The notes: generated by a model from the sequence alone, not told the origin. Shown: positions 30,492 to 43,272, numbered from the stretch's first letter. The stretch: DNA of 64,000 bases from Trueperaceae bacterium (GCA_034520945.1 JAXHNB010000005.1:576001-640000); one strand, 5' to 3'. Program-made: numbers and translations.

Positions 30492-31175
30492 ATGATCGAA
30501 GACGTCTGCGGGCGGGTCGCGGACTGGGCCGCGCAGAACGGCGGTCAAGACCCAGAAGAGGTCGCGGTGGCGGACCGGCCCTTCACGGACGATCAGGGGC
30601 CCGCCATCGTGGCGTGGCTGTTCGCGATCCGGCCCGGCCCGACCATCCAGGACGACGGCGGACCGGCCTACCGCGCGACCTGCCGCTTCCTGATCACCGC
30701 CGCCGACGCCCGCGCCGAGCGTTGCCACCGCTGGGTCGGCGCCCTGCTCACCGCTGCCATGCAGCACCCCACCTTCGAGGTCGAACCGGACGAGCCGCCC
30801 TTGTCGTTGTGGGAGGCGGCCGGGATGCCCCCGACCGGCGTTCGTCCTGCGCGCCGAGGCGGTCGCCCCCGCGCAGCGGCCGTCGCTGCCACGCGTACGG
30901 TCCCCGATCACTGTCCAGCACGCCACGCTGGAGGCCATGTCCGGCCGAGTGTTCGGGCCCGGCCAGGCGCCGGTGGCGGGGGCGGAGGTCCGATCGGTCG
31001 AGCACGGGCATGCGCACGGACCGACCGGGACGGGAGGTTCCACCTCGCCAGCGTGCCGTCCGGCCACGCGCGCAAACTCGAGGTCCGCGCCGGCGCCGAG
31101 CAGTACGCCGTGACGGCCGAACGCACCGGCCAGGACGAACCGTTGATCATTCACCTCCAGGCGAAGGAGTCATGA
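30492..31175 (+). CDS. eCIS first gene (Pvc16-like N-terminus plus carboxypeptidase-regulatory-like domain), with internal frameshifts
   Basis: Position before the sheath gene; C-terminal RTDRDGRFHLASVP. Confidence 0.45.
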   Translation: MIEDVCGRVADWAAQNGGQDPEEVAVADRPFTDDQGPAIVAWLFAIRPGPTIQDDGGPAYRATCRFLITAADARAERCHRWVGALLTAAMQHPTFEVEPDEPPLSLWEAAGMPPTGVRPARRGGRPRAAAVAATRTVPDHCPARHAGGHVRPSVRARPGAGGGGGGPIGRARACARTDRDGRFHLASVPSGHARKLEVRAGAEQYAVTAERTGQDEPLIIHLQAKES

Positions 31176-31176
31176 C

Positions 31177-32410
31177 ATGCCGACCTATCTGACCCCGGGC
31201 GTGTACGTCGAAGAGGTATCGGGCGGCGCACGCCCCATCGAGCGGGTGGGCACCAGCACCGCGGGATTCGTCGGCGTGCCCATGGGGGCACCGCACCCCG
31301 CGACGAGGCCATGGCCGTCAACGACTGGACCGCGTTCCAGAAGGCGTACGTCGGTGAGGCCACGGGCCCCAGCACGCCCCTGGTGCTGGCGGTGCACGGG
31401 TTCTTCCTCAACGGCGGGGGGCGCTGCTACGTCGCACCCGTCGGCACGTCCGACGCCGTCGCCGGCGGCGGGCAGGGCCTCGACCTGCTGGAGAGCATCG
31501 ACGAGATCGCCATCGTGACGGCCCCCGGCTACGCCGACGCCGCCAGTTACGAGGCGTTGCTGAGCCACTGCGAGAAGCTTGGCGACCGCGTCGCGATCCT
31601 CGACCCCCCGAGGCCGTCAAGCGGCTCGACGCGTTGACCAAGGTCGCCACCGCCCGCCGGGGCTCGGCCTCGGCCAGCGCGTCGGGCGAGGACGACGACA
31701 CCAGCGGCGCGTCGGGCGGCTCGGGCGGTTCGAGCCGCAATCAAGGGTTGCGGCCACGGCAGTCCGATGGCGGCTTCGGGGCGTTCTACTTCCCCGCGTG
31801 TGGGTCCGCGATCCGTTGGCGCCCAACGAAACGGTCGTCTGCGCCCCTCGGGCCACCTGGCCGGCATCTGGTCCCGCAGCGACGCGGCGCGCGGCGTGCA
31901 CAAGGCGCCCGCCAACGAGCCGGTGCGCGGCGCCCTCAACGTGACCTACCGCCTCACCAAGGAGGAGCAGGGCGTGCTGAACCCCGCGGGCGTCAACTGC
32001 ATCCGCTTCTTCCCGCGCCAGGGGATCCGTGTGTGGGGCGCGCGCACCGTGGCGGATTCCGCCAGCGAGTGGCGCTACCTGAACGTGCGGCGCCTGTTCA
32101 ACATGGTCGAGGAGTCCATCGCCAACTCCACCCGCTGGGTGGTGTTCGAACCGAACGACCGCACGTTGTGGAAATCGATCACGCGCGACATCGGCGCGTT
32201 CCTGACGATGCTGTGGCGGGACGGCGCCCTCGCGGGCGCGTCGCCGGAGGAGGCGTTCTTCGTGAAGTGCGACGACGAGACCAACCCCCAAGAGGTGATC
32301 GACGCCGGGCAGGTCGTCACCGTCATCGGCATCGCGCCGGTCAAGCCGGCCGAGTTCGTGATCTTCCGCATCGGCCAGAGCGCGGGCGAACCGAAATCGC
32401 TTCGGCGTGA
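31177..32410 (+). CDS. Contractile tail sheath protein (several frameshifts)
   Basis: YLTPGVYVEEV, GFFLNGG, GVHKAPANE, RVWGART, YLNVRRL, VFEPND, APVKPAEFV. Confidence 0.93.
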
Positions 32411-32443
32411 GCGCCTGACTGCCTGGGGAAGAGGGAAACCGAC

Positions 32444-32907
32444 ATGCCCAGACGAAGCCACCGCCGAAGCGCGCCAGAGTGGACGGATCGATCCGTACCG
32501 CGCGTACAACTTCAAGCTCGAGATCCAGGGCGTGACGCGCGGGCACTTCACCGAGTGCGCCGGCCTGAAGATGCGCGTCCACCCCATCCGCTACCGCGAG
32601 GGCGGCCTCGCCCAGGCGACCCGGGCGTTGCCCGGCGCCGTCGACTACGGCGAGGTGACCCTCCGCTACGGCCTGACGCAATCCACCGACCTGTGGGACT
32701 GGTTCATGACCGCGGTCCGCGGTCGCGTCGAGCGCCGCAACGTGTCCGTTCTGATGCTGTCGCCCGACGGCGTCGACGAGGTGCTGCGCTGGAACCTGGT
32801 GGACGCCTGGCCCTGCCAGTGGGAGGGTGCCCCGTTGGACGCGCATGGGCCGCGAAGCGGCGATCGAAACGCTGAACCTCGTCTTCGAGTCGTTGGACCG
32901 GAGCTAG
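32444..32907 (+). CDS. T4 gp19-like tail tube protein (frameshifted)
   Basis: DPYRAYNFKLEI, YREGG, VTLRYG, WNLVDAWP, AIETLNLVFE. Confidence 0.92.
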
Positions 32908-32910
32908 GCG

Positions 32911-33991
32911 GTGCGGGCGCGCCACTCGGTCCTGAGGTGGCTGTACGCGGCCTTGGCGTCGCTGCGGTCGTTGCTGGGCCGCGTCCTGCGACGCTTGGAG
33001 CAGGAACTGATGGAGCCGCCGCCGGTCGTGTTCGAGCCGGGCGAGGACCCGGCGACCCCGCATCGTCCGCAGGGGCCGCCCTCCCGGCCGCCCGAGCATT
33101 GGCTGCGCACGGTCCGCGAGCGCGCGCCCTACCTGCTGCGCGACGACGCGGGGGCACGGGGCTCGACCCGCAGCAGCGCACGTCCGTCCGCGACGAAGCC
33201 GCCGGATGGCCGCCACCACCGACCGCACCGTCCGCACAGCGCCGCACGGACGGTGCCGAACCGCCCGGGGCGACGCCCGGCGACACGACGCGTCCTGCAC
33301 GCCCGTGGGGCGACGACCTGTACCGCCGGCGGCACTTCCGGCCCGTACCGGCACCCGGGACGGCGCAACCGTCGGACCCGTCCCGGCAGGGTGAGGCGCC
33401 GCCGCCCGACAGCGCGGACGGGCCCAGCGACGCGGGCGCACCCGCCGACCATGCCGGCACCCACGTGCAGGACGCGCAGTCCAATCGCCCGTGGCACGTG
33501 GACCACCTGGACGCGCCGGAAGCACCGGTGGACGCGCAACGCATGGCGACCGACGCTACCTCCGCGTCGTCGGAGCCGCACCCGGACGCAGCGGACGCGA
33601 CGCCGCGCGGGACGGGTGCGTACCGGCGCCTCGAGCCGCTACAGGACGCCACCTCCGGTCCGAACGACGAAGAGGCCGCCGCCGAACACGAGGTCCACTC
33701 GGACGCACGGACCGCAATCCCGTGGGACGCGACCGTGTGGGCGATGGACGACGCAGACTCGCTGGCGCGGCCCGACCACGGGTGGCTCGACGCTCCAGCG
33801 GGGGGCCGGCGGGTGCAGCCGGAACCGTATGCGCACGCCATCGTCCACCCCATGGCGGACCCGTGGCCGCCCCTCCCACCGTCCGCGCCCGCAGTCGAAG
33901 CGACCGAACCGGTCGTGCGCCGCACCTGGGACCCGCGCGCCGGCAGCAGCGCGTGGCCCGCGAGCAGGAGGGACGCACATGGAACGGGTGA
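32911..33991 (+). CDS. Pro/Asp-rich, probably disordered hypothetical protein (frameshifted)
   Basis: Fills the operon gap; GPPSRPPEHWLRTVRERAPYLL ... DPWPPLP. Confidence 0.4.
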
Positions 33992-34746
33992 CGTTCCTCG
34001 TCGAGGCGACCGGGCAGCGCCTGGGGTGCCTCTTGAACCCCGCCACCTTGACGCTGACGCGGCGTGCGGGCGTGCGGTCACGCAGCGGCGCGGCAGGCGC
34101 CATCGCCAGCCGCGGCCTCAGCGACGATCCGCTCATCGACGTCGGGGGCGGCGTGACCGAACTCGAATTGGATCTCCTCTTCGACGTCGGCGTGGCCGGA
34201 TCGACCGTCGTCAGCCTCGACGTTCGCGACCTGACCCGGCCGCTGTGGGACCTGGCCGAGACCCACGCCCGCCTGGAAGGCGGCCGGCCGCCGGTGGTGC
34301 AGTTCTTCTGGGGCGAACGCGAGGGGTTTCCCGGCGTGGTGCTGGCGGTGGCGGAACGGTTGGAACGCTTCGACGCCGAGGGCGTGGCGGGCCGGTCCTG
34401 GCTGCGGATGCGCCTCCGCCGCATGGCGCACCCAGGCGGTCCGCGCGACCGCAGCGGCACCGACCCGCTGGACGGCATCCGCACCGCCACCCGCGACGGG
34501 GCGGGCGGCGACGGAACCGTGGTGATGGGACCGCTGGCCGGCGGCGCAGCAGGCGCGGGCAATGAGGGAGAGCGACCCGTCGCGGGCGTCAGCCGACTCG
34601 ACGCCGTCGCCGCGCTGCACTTCGGCGACGCCACCCTGTGGCGATGGATCGCGGAGGCCAACGCCCTCGACGACCCGGCCCGCGTCGACCCCGACACGCG
34701 CCTGCGCCTTCCCTCCCTGCGGCCGGGGGGCGAGGAGCGACCGTGA
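33979..34746 (+). CDS. CIS tube-initiator / LysM-like baseplate protein (Afp7-like)
   Basis: LLNPATL, LLFD, PPVVQFFWG, ERFDAEG, RLDAVAALHFGDATLWRWIAEAN. Confidence 0.8.
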   Translation: MERVTFLVEATGQRLGCLLNPATLTLTRRAGVRSRSGAAGAIASRGLSDDPLIDVGGGVTELELDLLFDVGVAGSTVVSLDVRDLTRPLWDLAETHARLEGGRPPVVQFFWGEREGFPGVVLAVAERLERFDAEGVAGRSWLRMRLRRMAHPGGPRDRSGTDPLDGIRTATRDGAGGDGTVVMGPLAGGAAGAGNEGERPVAGVSRLDAVAALHFGDATLWRWIAEANALDDPARVDPDTRLRLPSLRPGGEERP

Positions 34747-36227
34747 GCGTCCCCGCAGCGCTTCCCCGCGCCGAGATACGGCTGGCCGGCCGGCCGCTGG
34801 AGGACGAGGCGGCGGCAACGGTGAGCGGCCTGCGGATCCGGCAGGTGCTGAATGTGCCCACCCTGTGCGAAATCACCCTTACCGACCCGCCCGCCCACCT
34901 CATGGACGACCCGCGGCTGCAGCCCGATCAGGGCGTGCGGGTGGGCTTCGCGCAGGACGGCGCACCGGCGTTCGACGGCCGGCTGGTCGCCGTCGAGCAC
35001 GCCTTCCACGGCGCGGCCGGCCGGCGGATGCACCTCCGGGCGTACGACCGGCTCCACCAGCTCCGCCGCAGCCGCCACCTGCGGGTCCTTGCCGAGCCGA
35101 CCCTGCACGCGTTGGCACAGGCCCTGGCCGGACCCGCCGGCCTGCGGGTCGAAGGCGGCGAGGACGCGGAGCTGCCGAGCCAGTCGATTCAGCACCGGCA
35201 GTCCGACCTGCAGTTCCTCGTCGATCACGCGGGACGCTGCGGCTACTACCTGGCGTGCGAGGGCGACACGCTGCGCCTGATCCGCCTGGACGCCGCCGCG
35301 CCGCCGCTCGAGCTGGACCGGGACGCGGGCCGCTGGGAGGCGCGCTTCGAGCGGACCGTCGACGGCGACGCCGCCGCGACGGAAACCGCCGGGTGGGACG
35401 CCGGTACGCTGGAACGCCGTGCAGGACGGTGGACGCCGAACGCCATCGGCCGACGGGGCGCCGACGCTGTGGCGGACCAACCGGGTGCTGCGCAGCGGCC
35501 GTGAACAGACCCAGGACGCCCGCGCCGAGATGGAACGGCGCGACGCCGGCCGGCTGGTGATCTGGGCCACCGGCCCGGGCGACGCCCGAATCCGGCCCGG
35601 CCAGGCGGTGCGGCTGCACGGCTTCGGCGCGGCGCTGCACGAGGCGCAGGCCGTCACGGACGCCGAGCACACCCTGGACGAGCGGGCGGGCTACCTCACC
35701 GAGTTCAGCACCGACCCGCCGCGCCTCCAGGTTCCGCCCGAACCGATGGAGGTCACCGTCGCGCGCGTCGTCGACAGCGACGACCCTGTCGGCACCGGCC
35801 GCGTCCGCGTGGCGTTGGAGGCGTTCGGCGACGTCACCACCGGCTGGTTGCCGGTGATGATCGCCGGCGCCGGGGCGGACAAGGGGTTGACGATCTATCC
35901 CGAGGCGGACGACGTGGTGCTGGTGCTGCTGTGCGGGACCGATCCCTCCGCCGGCATCGTGCTGGGCGGCCTGTACGGGACCCGCCCCAGCGCCGACGCC
36001 GACATCGCCGGTCGCCGCCCGCGGCCGTACGCGCTGCGCACCCCGGCGGCCAGCGGCTGCGCCTGGACGACCACGGCCAGCTGGTGCGCCTGGAGAACGC
36101 CGACGGCAGCTACCTGGAGATGAGCGCAGACGAGGTGGTGCTGCACGCCGCCCGTGACCTCCGCATCGAAGCGCCGGGCCGCACCCTCACCCTCGGGGCC
36201 GACGCGATCGACATGAGGAGTCGCTAG
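34743..36227 (+). CDS. VgrG-like hub/spike (gpD + gpV domains), frameshifted
   Basis: QHRQSDLQFL, DPVGTGRVRV, GAGADKG..PEADDVVLV, VLGGLY. Confidence 0.85.
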
Positions 36228-36563
36228 GTGAAGCTGTTGAGCGAGGACGCCCGCCTGGCGTGCCGCCACCGCGGCGTGATCATTGTGCCGCCTTCCCAGG
36301 GGCTGGTCACCGTGAACGGACGCCGCGTGCTGGTCGAGGACGACCCGGTCGGCCAGCGCATCGCGGGGTGCCCCAACGCCGGACCGACGATCAAGCCGTG
36401 CACCACCACCCTGAAGGTGCAGGACGGCTACGCCGCACTGCTGCGCATCGACGGGCGTCGCGCCTGCCTGGACGCCGTCACCGGCCTCACGGACGGCACG
36501 CCGCCCGGTACCGTCGCCTACCTGGTCGATACACCTGGCCAGGGCTGGGTCGAGGTGCAGGCG
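36228..36563 (+). CDS. PAAR/DUF4280-like spike tip (read in frame with gp25 here)
   Basis: LACRHRG..IAGCPN..KPCTT Cys/His pattern, located after the VgrG-like gene. Confidence 0.6.
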
Positions 36564-37040
36564 ATGACCGCGCCGCCCGATCGGGCCTGGCGCTTCGTCC
36601 ACCCAGCGGTGGACGTGCCCGCCAGCATCGCGGAACGGACGCCCGGCCTGCACGTCGATGCGACCGGCGGCATCGACGTGGTCGAGGGGGACGCCTGCGT
36701 GCGCCAGTCGATCCTCCTGCTCCTGTCCACCGCCCGCGGCGAGCGGGTCATGCGGCCTGACTACGGCTGCGACCTGAACCGGTTGGCCTTCGCCCCCAAC
36801 GACGCCACCACCGCCGGCCTGGCCATCCACTACGTTCGCAGCGCCGTGGCGCGGTGGGAGCCGCGCGCGCGGGTGCTGCGCGTCGATGCCGGCCGCCGCC
36901 TCTTTCACGGTCCCGGCCTCGGCGCGGTGGACGATCCCGAAGCCCGCCTGGACGTGGTGCTGGACTACCAGGTGCGGGACAGCGGCCACGCCGACCGCCT
37001 GGCGCTGAGCCTGGACTTGGCGGAAGGATCGATCGCGTGA
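36564..37040 (+). CDS. gp25/GPW baseplate protein
   Basis: VRQSILLLLSTARGERVMRPDYGC, WEPR. Confidence 0.92.
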   Translation: MTAPPDRAWRFVHPAVDVPASIAERTPGLHVDATGGIDVVEGDACVRQSILLLLSTARGERVMRPDYGCDLNRLAFAPNDATTAGLAIHYVRSAVARWEPRARVLRVDAGRRLFHGPGLGAVDDPEARLDVVLDYQVRDSGHADRLALSLDLAEGSIA

Positions 37041-39604
37041 GCCTGCGCCCCCCGGACCTCGACGACCGCGACTTCCAGGCGCTGATGCGCGAGGCGCTGG
37101 CCCGCATCCAGGACGCGAGCCCGCGCTGGACCGACCACTCGCCCAGCGATCCCGGCATCGTGCTGTTGGACGCCTTCGCCTACCTGACCGAGATGATGAT
37201 CTACCGCCTGAACCGGGTGCCGGAGAAGGCGTACGTCGAGTTCCTCCGCCTGATGGGCGTGACGCTGCGCCCGCCGGCGGCGGCCAAGGTCCGGTTGCGG
37301 CTGACGGGGGACGCCGAGGGGACGGACGCGCGGACGGTGCCGCGCGGCACCCGCGTCACGATCGGCCAGGGACTGGACCAACGGGACGCACCGGTGTTCG
37401 TCACCACCGAGGACGCTACCGTGGCGCCCGGTGCGACGGCGCAGGTCACGGCCCTGCACGCCGAGACGGTCGCGGCGGAACGGGTGGGGACCGGTACCGG
37501 CCGGCCGGGCCTGAGCCTCACGCTGTCGCGCCCGCCCATCGTGGCGCCCAGCGGCGACGGGGCCGACCTGGTGATCGGCGTCGAGGCTGGCGAGGAGGAG
37601 GCAGGCGGCGACGCGGGGCGCGCGCCCGCCATTCGGCACGACGACCGCACCTACCGAGTCTGGCGGGAGGTCGTCAGCTTCGCGGAAGCCCACGAGGACC
37701 GCTTCGTCTACCTGGCCGACCGCGCGTCGGGCCGCATTACCTTCGCCCCCGCCGTGCACGAGAGCGAGGCGGGCCGCACCGTCGCAGGCGAAGCGACCGC
37801 CTTGGCGGAGGTCGTGCCGGCCGGCCGCGAGGTGCGGGCCTGGTACCGCCGCGGCGGGGGCCGCGACGGCAACGTGCGCGCCGGCGCGCTGATGGCCTTC
37901 GTGGACGACGTGCCCGGGGTGGCGGTCACCAACCCCGAAGCGGCCACCGGCGGGCGCGACGCGAGATCGTTGCCCAACGCGCTGCAGCGCGGTCCCCAAG
38001 CGCTTCACGCGCTGGAGCAGGCCGTCACTGCGGGACTTCGAACGAATCGCCCAGCGCGCCGGCGCGGTGCGACGCGCCAAGGCGTTCGCGGAGGCCGCCC
38101 TGTGGCGACACGGCGTGCCCGGCACCGTCCACCTGGTGCTGGTGCCCGACCTCGACCCGGGGCGCACCGCCCAAAGCGGCGCGACGCTGGACGCCCTGAC
38201 GGCCGCCCAGACCGGGCAGGCCCTCAGTGACGTGCAGAACGACGTCGACGCCCGCAGGCCGCTCGGCACGCGCTGCCGGGTGGCGTGGGCCCGCTACAAG
38301 CCGCTCCGGATCGGCGCGCGGGTGGTGGTGTTCGCGGAGGAGGACGCCGCTGCGGTCGGCACGCGCCTGGCGGGGCGCTTGAACGAACTGCTGGACCCGC
38401 TGCGCGCCCGGGACTTCGGCGAGCCCATGCGGGCGTCCGACGTCTACGACGTGCTGCTGCGCGAGCCGGGCGTTCGCTACGCCGACCACGTGCACCTCGA
38501 GGTGGACAGCGCCCCCGACGCCGAGGTGCACGCCGTCGCGACCGACCGTTTCCAGCCCGGCACCTGGTACGCCGGCGCCGGCGGCGCGACCTACCGGACG
38601 CTGGACGACGCCGACGGTTGGGAGCGCGTGCGGGTGGACGAGGCGTTCACGGTGGCCGGCGTCTTCCCGCACCCGTCGCGGCCGGGCATGGTGGCGGTGC
38701 TGCTGCAGGACGAACCGCAGGGCCGCTGGCGGCTGGCGGTGAGCGATGACTGCGGCGAGTCGTGGCGCAGCAACGAGGCCGAACTCAGCTTCCGCGTCTA
38801 CGACGTCGCCTGGCTGGACCGGACCGGCGACGCGGTGCTCCTTCTCGCGACGCGCCAGGGACTGTTCCAGCTTCCGCTGTCCGACACGTCGTTGACGCCG
38901 GTTCAGGTGCCCGTCGATCCGGACAAGACCGACCGCGGCTTCTACGCTGTCGCCGTGTCGGCCGGCGTGCGTGGCCGCACGTTCGTGGCGGTCGCTGCGG
39001 ACCAGTTGGGCGGGGTATTCCTGTCCGATCAGGGCGGCGGGGACGGCACCTTCCGGGCGTTCGGCCTGGACGGGACGGACGTGCGCGTCCTGCAGATGCA
39101 CGCCGACGGGCCCCGCCTGTACCTGTGGGCCGGCGCCGCCGCGGTCGGGGGCGAGCCGGGCGACGGCTGCTTCCGCGGCGCGAGCTGCGCCTCGGTGAGG
39201 ACGCCCCTTCCCAGTGGCGGCAGTACCGCCAGGGCTGGCGCGGCGGCAGTTGCTACCAACTGGCCGTCGCCGGCGGGGCGCTGTACGCCGCCACGCACGC
39301 AGGGGGCGCGCTGCGGCTGGACGCCGGCAGCCGGGAGGCCGCCTGGGAGGGGCCGCCCCTGGACTGCGGGCTGCCGCTCCGCGACGCCGAACGGTTGCTG
39401 CACCCGGTCCGCGCCGTCGCCGCGCGGGGCGGCGACGCCCCCCGCCTGCTGGCGGGCGGGCACGCCGGCGTCCACCGCAGCACGGATCAGGGCCGGACCT
39501 GGCAGCCCGTGTCGCGACGAACCTACGCGGACAAGGTGACGGTGCCGCCGGCGTGGCTGTTCTGCCCCGGCGCCGCACAAGGTCGAGGTGGTGCGCGACG
39601 ATGA
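37037..39604 (+). CDS. Baseplate J-like protein with a C-terminal beta-propeller-like extension (frameshifted)
   Basis: PDLDDRDF, WTDHSPSDPG, YRLNRVP, YRRGGG..GNV, NPEAATGG; then SDDCGESW and STDQGRTW Asp-box-like motifs. Confidence 0.85.
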
Positions 39605-40160
39605 AGTCTGAGCGCATCCTCGCGTTGCTGCCGCAGGCGTTCCAGTCCTCCGCCTGGAGGGGTCCCCGCTGCTGGGCCTCCTGGCGGCCATGGAGGGGAT
39701 GCACGCACCAAGCGAAGCCGTTCTGGACGACCTGGACGGCTACTTCGACCCGCGGCGCGCCCGCCTGCGCTCGGCGGCCTACCTGGCGTCCTGGCTTGAT
39801 CTCGACCGCATCGTGCGCGCCGCGGGGCCGCACGGCCGGAGCGCCGCCGTGGCACTGCCGACCGGACGCCTGCGCGAACTGACCGCCGCTGCCGCCGACC
39901 TGTCGCGTTGGCGGGGTACCGCCTACGGCCTGGCGCGCTTCCTGGAGGTCGCGACCGGCGTGCCCGGCTTCGAGGTGGACGACCACGTGCGCGACGCTTA
40001 CGGCGACGTTCGACCGTTCGACGTCGAGGTGCGTGTGCCGGCCGGCGCCGCCGGCCAGCGGGCCGCTGATCGAGACCATCGTCGCCTCGGAGAAGCCCGC
40101 CTACGCGACGAGCACCCTGCGCCTTTTGGAGGGCGAAGGCAGAGGCGACCCCGCGGGTGA
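39601..40160 (+). CDS. P2 gpI-like baseplate/tail protein (frameshifted)
   Basis: LLPQAFQ, YFDP, YLASWL, RWRGTAYGLARFL, EKPAY. Confidence 0.8.
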
Positions 40161-40175
40161 CGGGGAGCGACCGCC

Positions 40176-42100
40176 ATGAGGACCCCGCTGAGCGTCACGG
40201 TCACGCCGGCCTCGCTCACGCTTTCGCGTGTCGGGCCGCGGATCGAGGCGGACGAGACCACCTTCACCGTCACCAACACGGGCGCGCGACGCGTGACCGC
40301 CCGGGCGGCGCTGGAGCCGCTGGGCGGGGCCGAGCCGGGCTGGCTGTCGCTGCGGGGCGAGGCGCAGCACGACTTCGCACCCAACGCGACGCACGCGTTC
40401 ACGGTGCGGGTGGCGCCACCCCCGGACGCCCCGGCGGGCCGGCACGCCTTCCGCCTGAACGTCGTCGACGTGCACCATTCGGACGAGGGCGAGGTGGAGG
40501 GCCCGGAGGTGGCGTTCGAGGTTCCCCCCGCCCCGACGGAGGACGGGCCGACGATGCCGCCGATGGCTGTGGATGGCGATCGCGGCGGTCGTGCTGCTCG
40601 GCGGTGCGGCGGCGCTCGCCGTCGCGTTCTGGCCGTTCGGGTCGGTCAACGAGGCGCCGAGCCTGGCCGACGTCGAGAACGTCGCGCACCCTGCAGGGCG
40701 AAGCGGCCGAGGTGTCCCTCGCCATCCGCGACGAAGATCCGGGCACCGTCGCCGTCGCGGTCCGCTCCAGCGACGACACCCTCGTGGCGGCGGACGACCT
40801 CGAGGTGGCCGGCGAGGGCGCGGACCGCCTGCTGCGCGTCACCCCCGGCGCGGTTCGGGGTGGGGCGCGCCGTCCTCACCGCGATCGGTGGCGCGGACGC
40901 CGAGGGCCTGGAGGGCAGCACCTCGTTCGAGGTCGAGGTGCGCCGGCCGTTCGACGTCCAACTGCCGGCGCTGAGCGCCAGCGACGGCAGCGAGGGGTCG
41001 TTCTACGGGACGTCGGTCGCGCTGGACGGCGATCACGCCGTCGTCGGTGCCTCGTTCGACGGCGGCGTCGCGGAGGCGGCGGGAGCCGCCTACCTGTACC
41101 GGCTGGACGACGGCGTCTGGACCGAGTGGAGAAGCTCACCGCGAGCGATGCAGACGAGCTGGACCACTTCGGCATGAGCGTTGCGCTGGACGGCGATCAC
41201 GCCATGATCGCAGCCCGCTTCGACGCAGCGGTGCCGCCGACGACGCGCGGTGCCGACTCGACGCCTTCCAGCGGCAGGGCGACACCTGGCGCGAGGTCGC
41301 CAAGCTCACCGCCCGCGACGCCGAGGAGGACACGCTGTTCGGCTACCGACGTGGCCCTGGACGGGGATCGGGTCCTGATCGGCGCCCTCGACGCACGCAG
41401 GCCGGCGATGACGCCGGCTCGGCCTACCTCTTCGAGCGCGATGGCGACGGTGGCGGCAGGCGCAGAAGCTCACCGCCAGCGATGCCGCAGCCGGCGACCG
41501 CTTCGGGTCGGACGTGGCGCTGGACGGCGACATTGCGCTCATCGGCGCCCTCAGCCACGACGGGGCTGCCGAAGATGCGGGTGCGGCGTACGCGTTCCAG
41601 CGCCAGGGCGACGCCTTTCGCGAGGTCGCCAAGCTCACCGCCGACGAGGCGCGCGAGACGCGTCGTTCGGTGGGCCGGTCGCGCTGGACGGCGACACGGC
41701 GCTCATCGCCGCCTCGGGCGAAGAGCGCGAGGGCGAGGGGACGGGCGCCGCGTACGTCTTCGAGAGGAACGGCGACGCATGGCGCGAAGTCGCGAAGCTC
41801 ACCGCGCGCGACGCCCGCGCCGGGCATTTCTTCGGCAACTCCGTGGCGCTCGACGGCGACTACGCCCTCGGTGAACGGCGGCGCGTTCCTCGCGGAGGAT
41901 CCGGGCTCCTCGGTGTACGTCTACCGGCGCGACGACGACACCTGGCGGGCGCTCCGCCAACTCACGGCGCGCGAGGTCGGCGCCGGCGGCATTTCGGGAT
42001 AGCCATCGCGCTCGACGGTCCACGGCTCCTGCTGAGCGCGCCGTCCGACGACATGGGTGGAGACGAGGCGGTGGGAGCGGTGTATGCGTTCCAGGACTAG
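40176..42100 (+). CDS. Single-pass membrane protein 1: shared N-domain + TM + Ig-like + FG-GAP repeats (frameshifted)
   Basis: Repeats of KLTAxD..FGxSVALDGDxAxxGA..GAAYxF. Confidence 0.7.
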
Positions 42101-42130
42101 ACATTCATGCCCCTTCACGGAGGTGGCCTG

Positions 42131-43272
42131 ATGGCTGCTTCGTTCGCGATCACGGCGTCGCCGGCGTCGTTGGCGTTGTCGCGTGGGAGGGACGGCAAGG
42201 TCGTGCCGCAGGAGGTCACGTTCGCGGTGACGAATGCCGGGGTTCGCGTACGGTGACGGGCCGGGCTGTGGTGGAGCCACTGGGTTCCGGTGGCGTCGGG
42301 CTGGTTGGAGGTGTTGGGGGAGCGGGAGCGGGATTTCGAGGCGAACGGGACGCCATACCTTTTCCGTGCGGGTGGCGCCGCCGGCGGGCGCGCCTCCTGG
42401 GCGGCACCGGTTTCGTTTGAACATGGTGGACGTGCACCATCCGGACGAGGGCGAGGTGGAGGGGCCGGAGGTGGGGTTCGAAGGTGCCGCCGGCCCCGGC
42501 GGAGGACGGTGCCGTCGTTGCCGCGCTGGCTGTGGATGCGCCATCGCGGTGCTGGTGGTGGCAGGCGGCGTGATCGCGGCCGTCCTGGTGCTGGGCAACG
42601 ACCCGCCCGACGCCGACGCCGGCGGCGATCGTGAGGTCGAGGTGGGAACGACCGTCACGCTCGACGGCAGCACGTCCAGCGATCCGGACGGGGACGCGGT
42701 GGCGTTCTCATGGGCGTTGGAACGGCGACCCGACGGCAGCGGCTGCGGCCCTCGCGGACGCGCGACACGCCCTCGCCAAGCTTCACGCCGGACGTCGCCG
42801 GCACGTACGTGGCGGCCTTGACGGTGTCCGACGGGTCGCGCCCGGCCAGCGATAGCATGAGCGTCACGGCGCGCGAACCGCCCAACGAACCCCGGGCCTG
42901 TCGCCCATTGCCCAGCAGCGTACAGAGGAGGGGGCGCCGCTCGAGGTCGCGTTCGAGGTCGCCGACGAAACCCCGAGAACGATGACGATCGAGGCGTCGG
43001 CCAGCGACCCGGCCCTGCTGCCCGCTGGCAGCGTCGAGGTCCTCGGCGACGGTGCCGAGCGGTCGCTGCGCATCACGCCACCGGCAGGCGCAGCCGGAAG
43101 CACGGAAATCACCGTGGTGGCGCGGGACGCAGCTGGATTGGAGGACAGCGTCACGTTCGTGCTTGAGGTCACGCCGCGGCCCCTTTCCCGGGAATCTGGG
43201 ACGACGCCCCGCGGGACGACGCCCTCTGGGGACCACGACCACGCCGCTCGTAAAGCAAGGAGGCCCGAGTGA
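42131..43272 (+). CDS. Single-pass membrane protein 2: shared N-domain + TM + PKD + Ig-like (frameshifted)
   Basis: NDPPDADAGGDREVEVGTTVTLDGSTSSDPDGD; FTPDVAGTYVAALTVSDG. Confidence 0.7.

Noticed and set aside
31767..34565. 932-aa sheath-tube fusion, the PAAR-gp25 fusion and the aminotransferase-cupin fusion
   Set aside because: Most simply explained by indels in a frameshift-rich region.
30492..40160. Prophage or type VI secretion system
   Set aside because: No head, terminase, lysis or integrase genes, and no TssJLM or ClpV.
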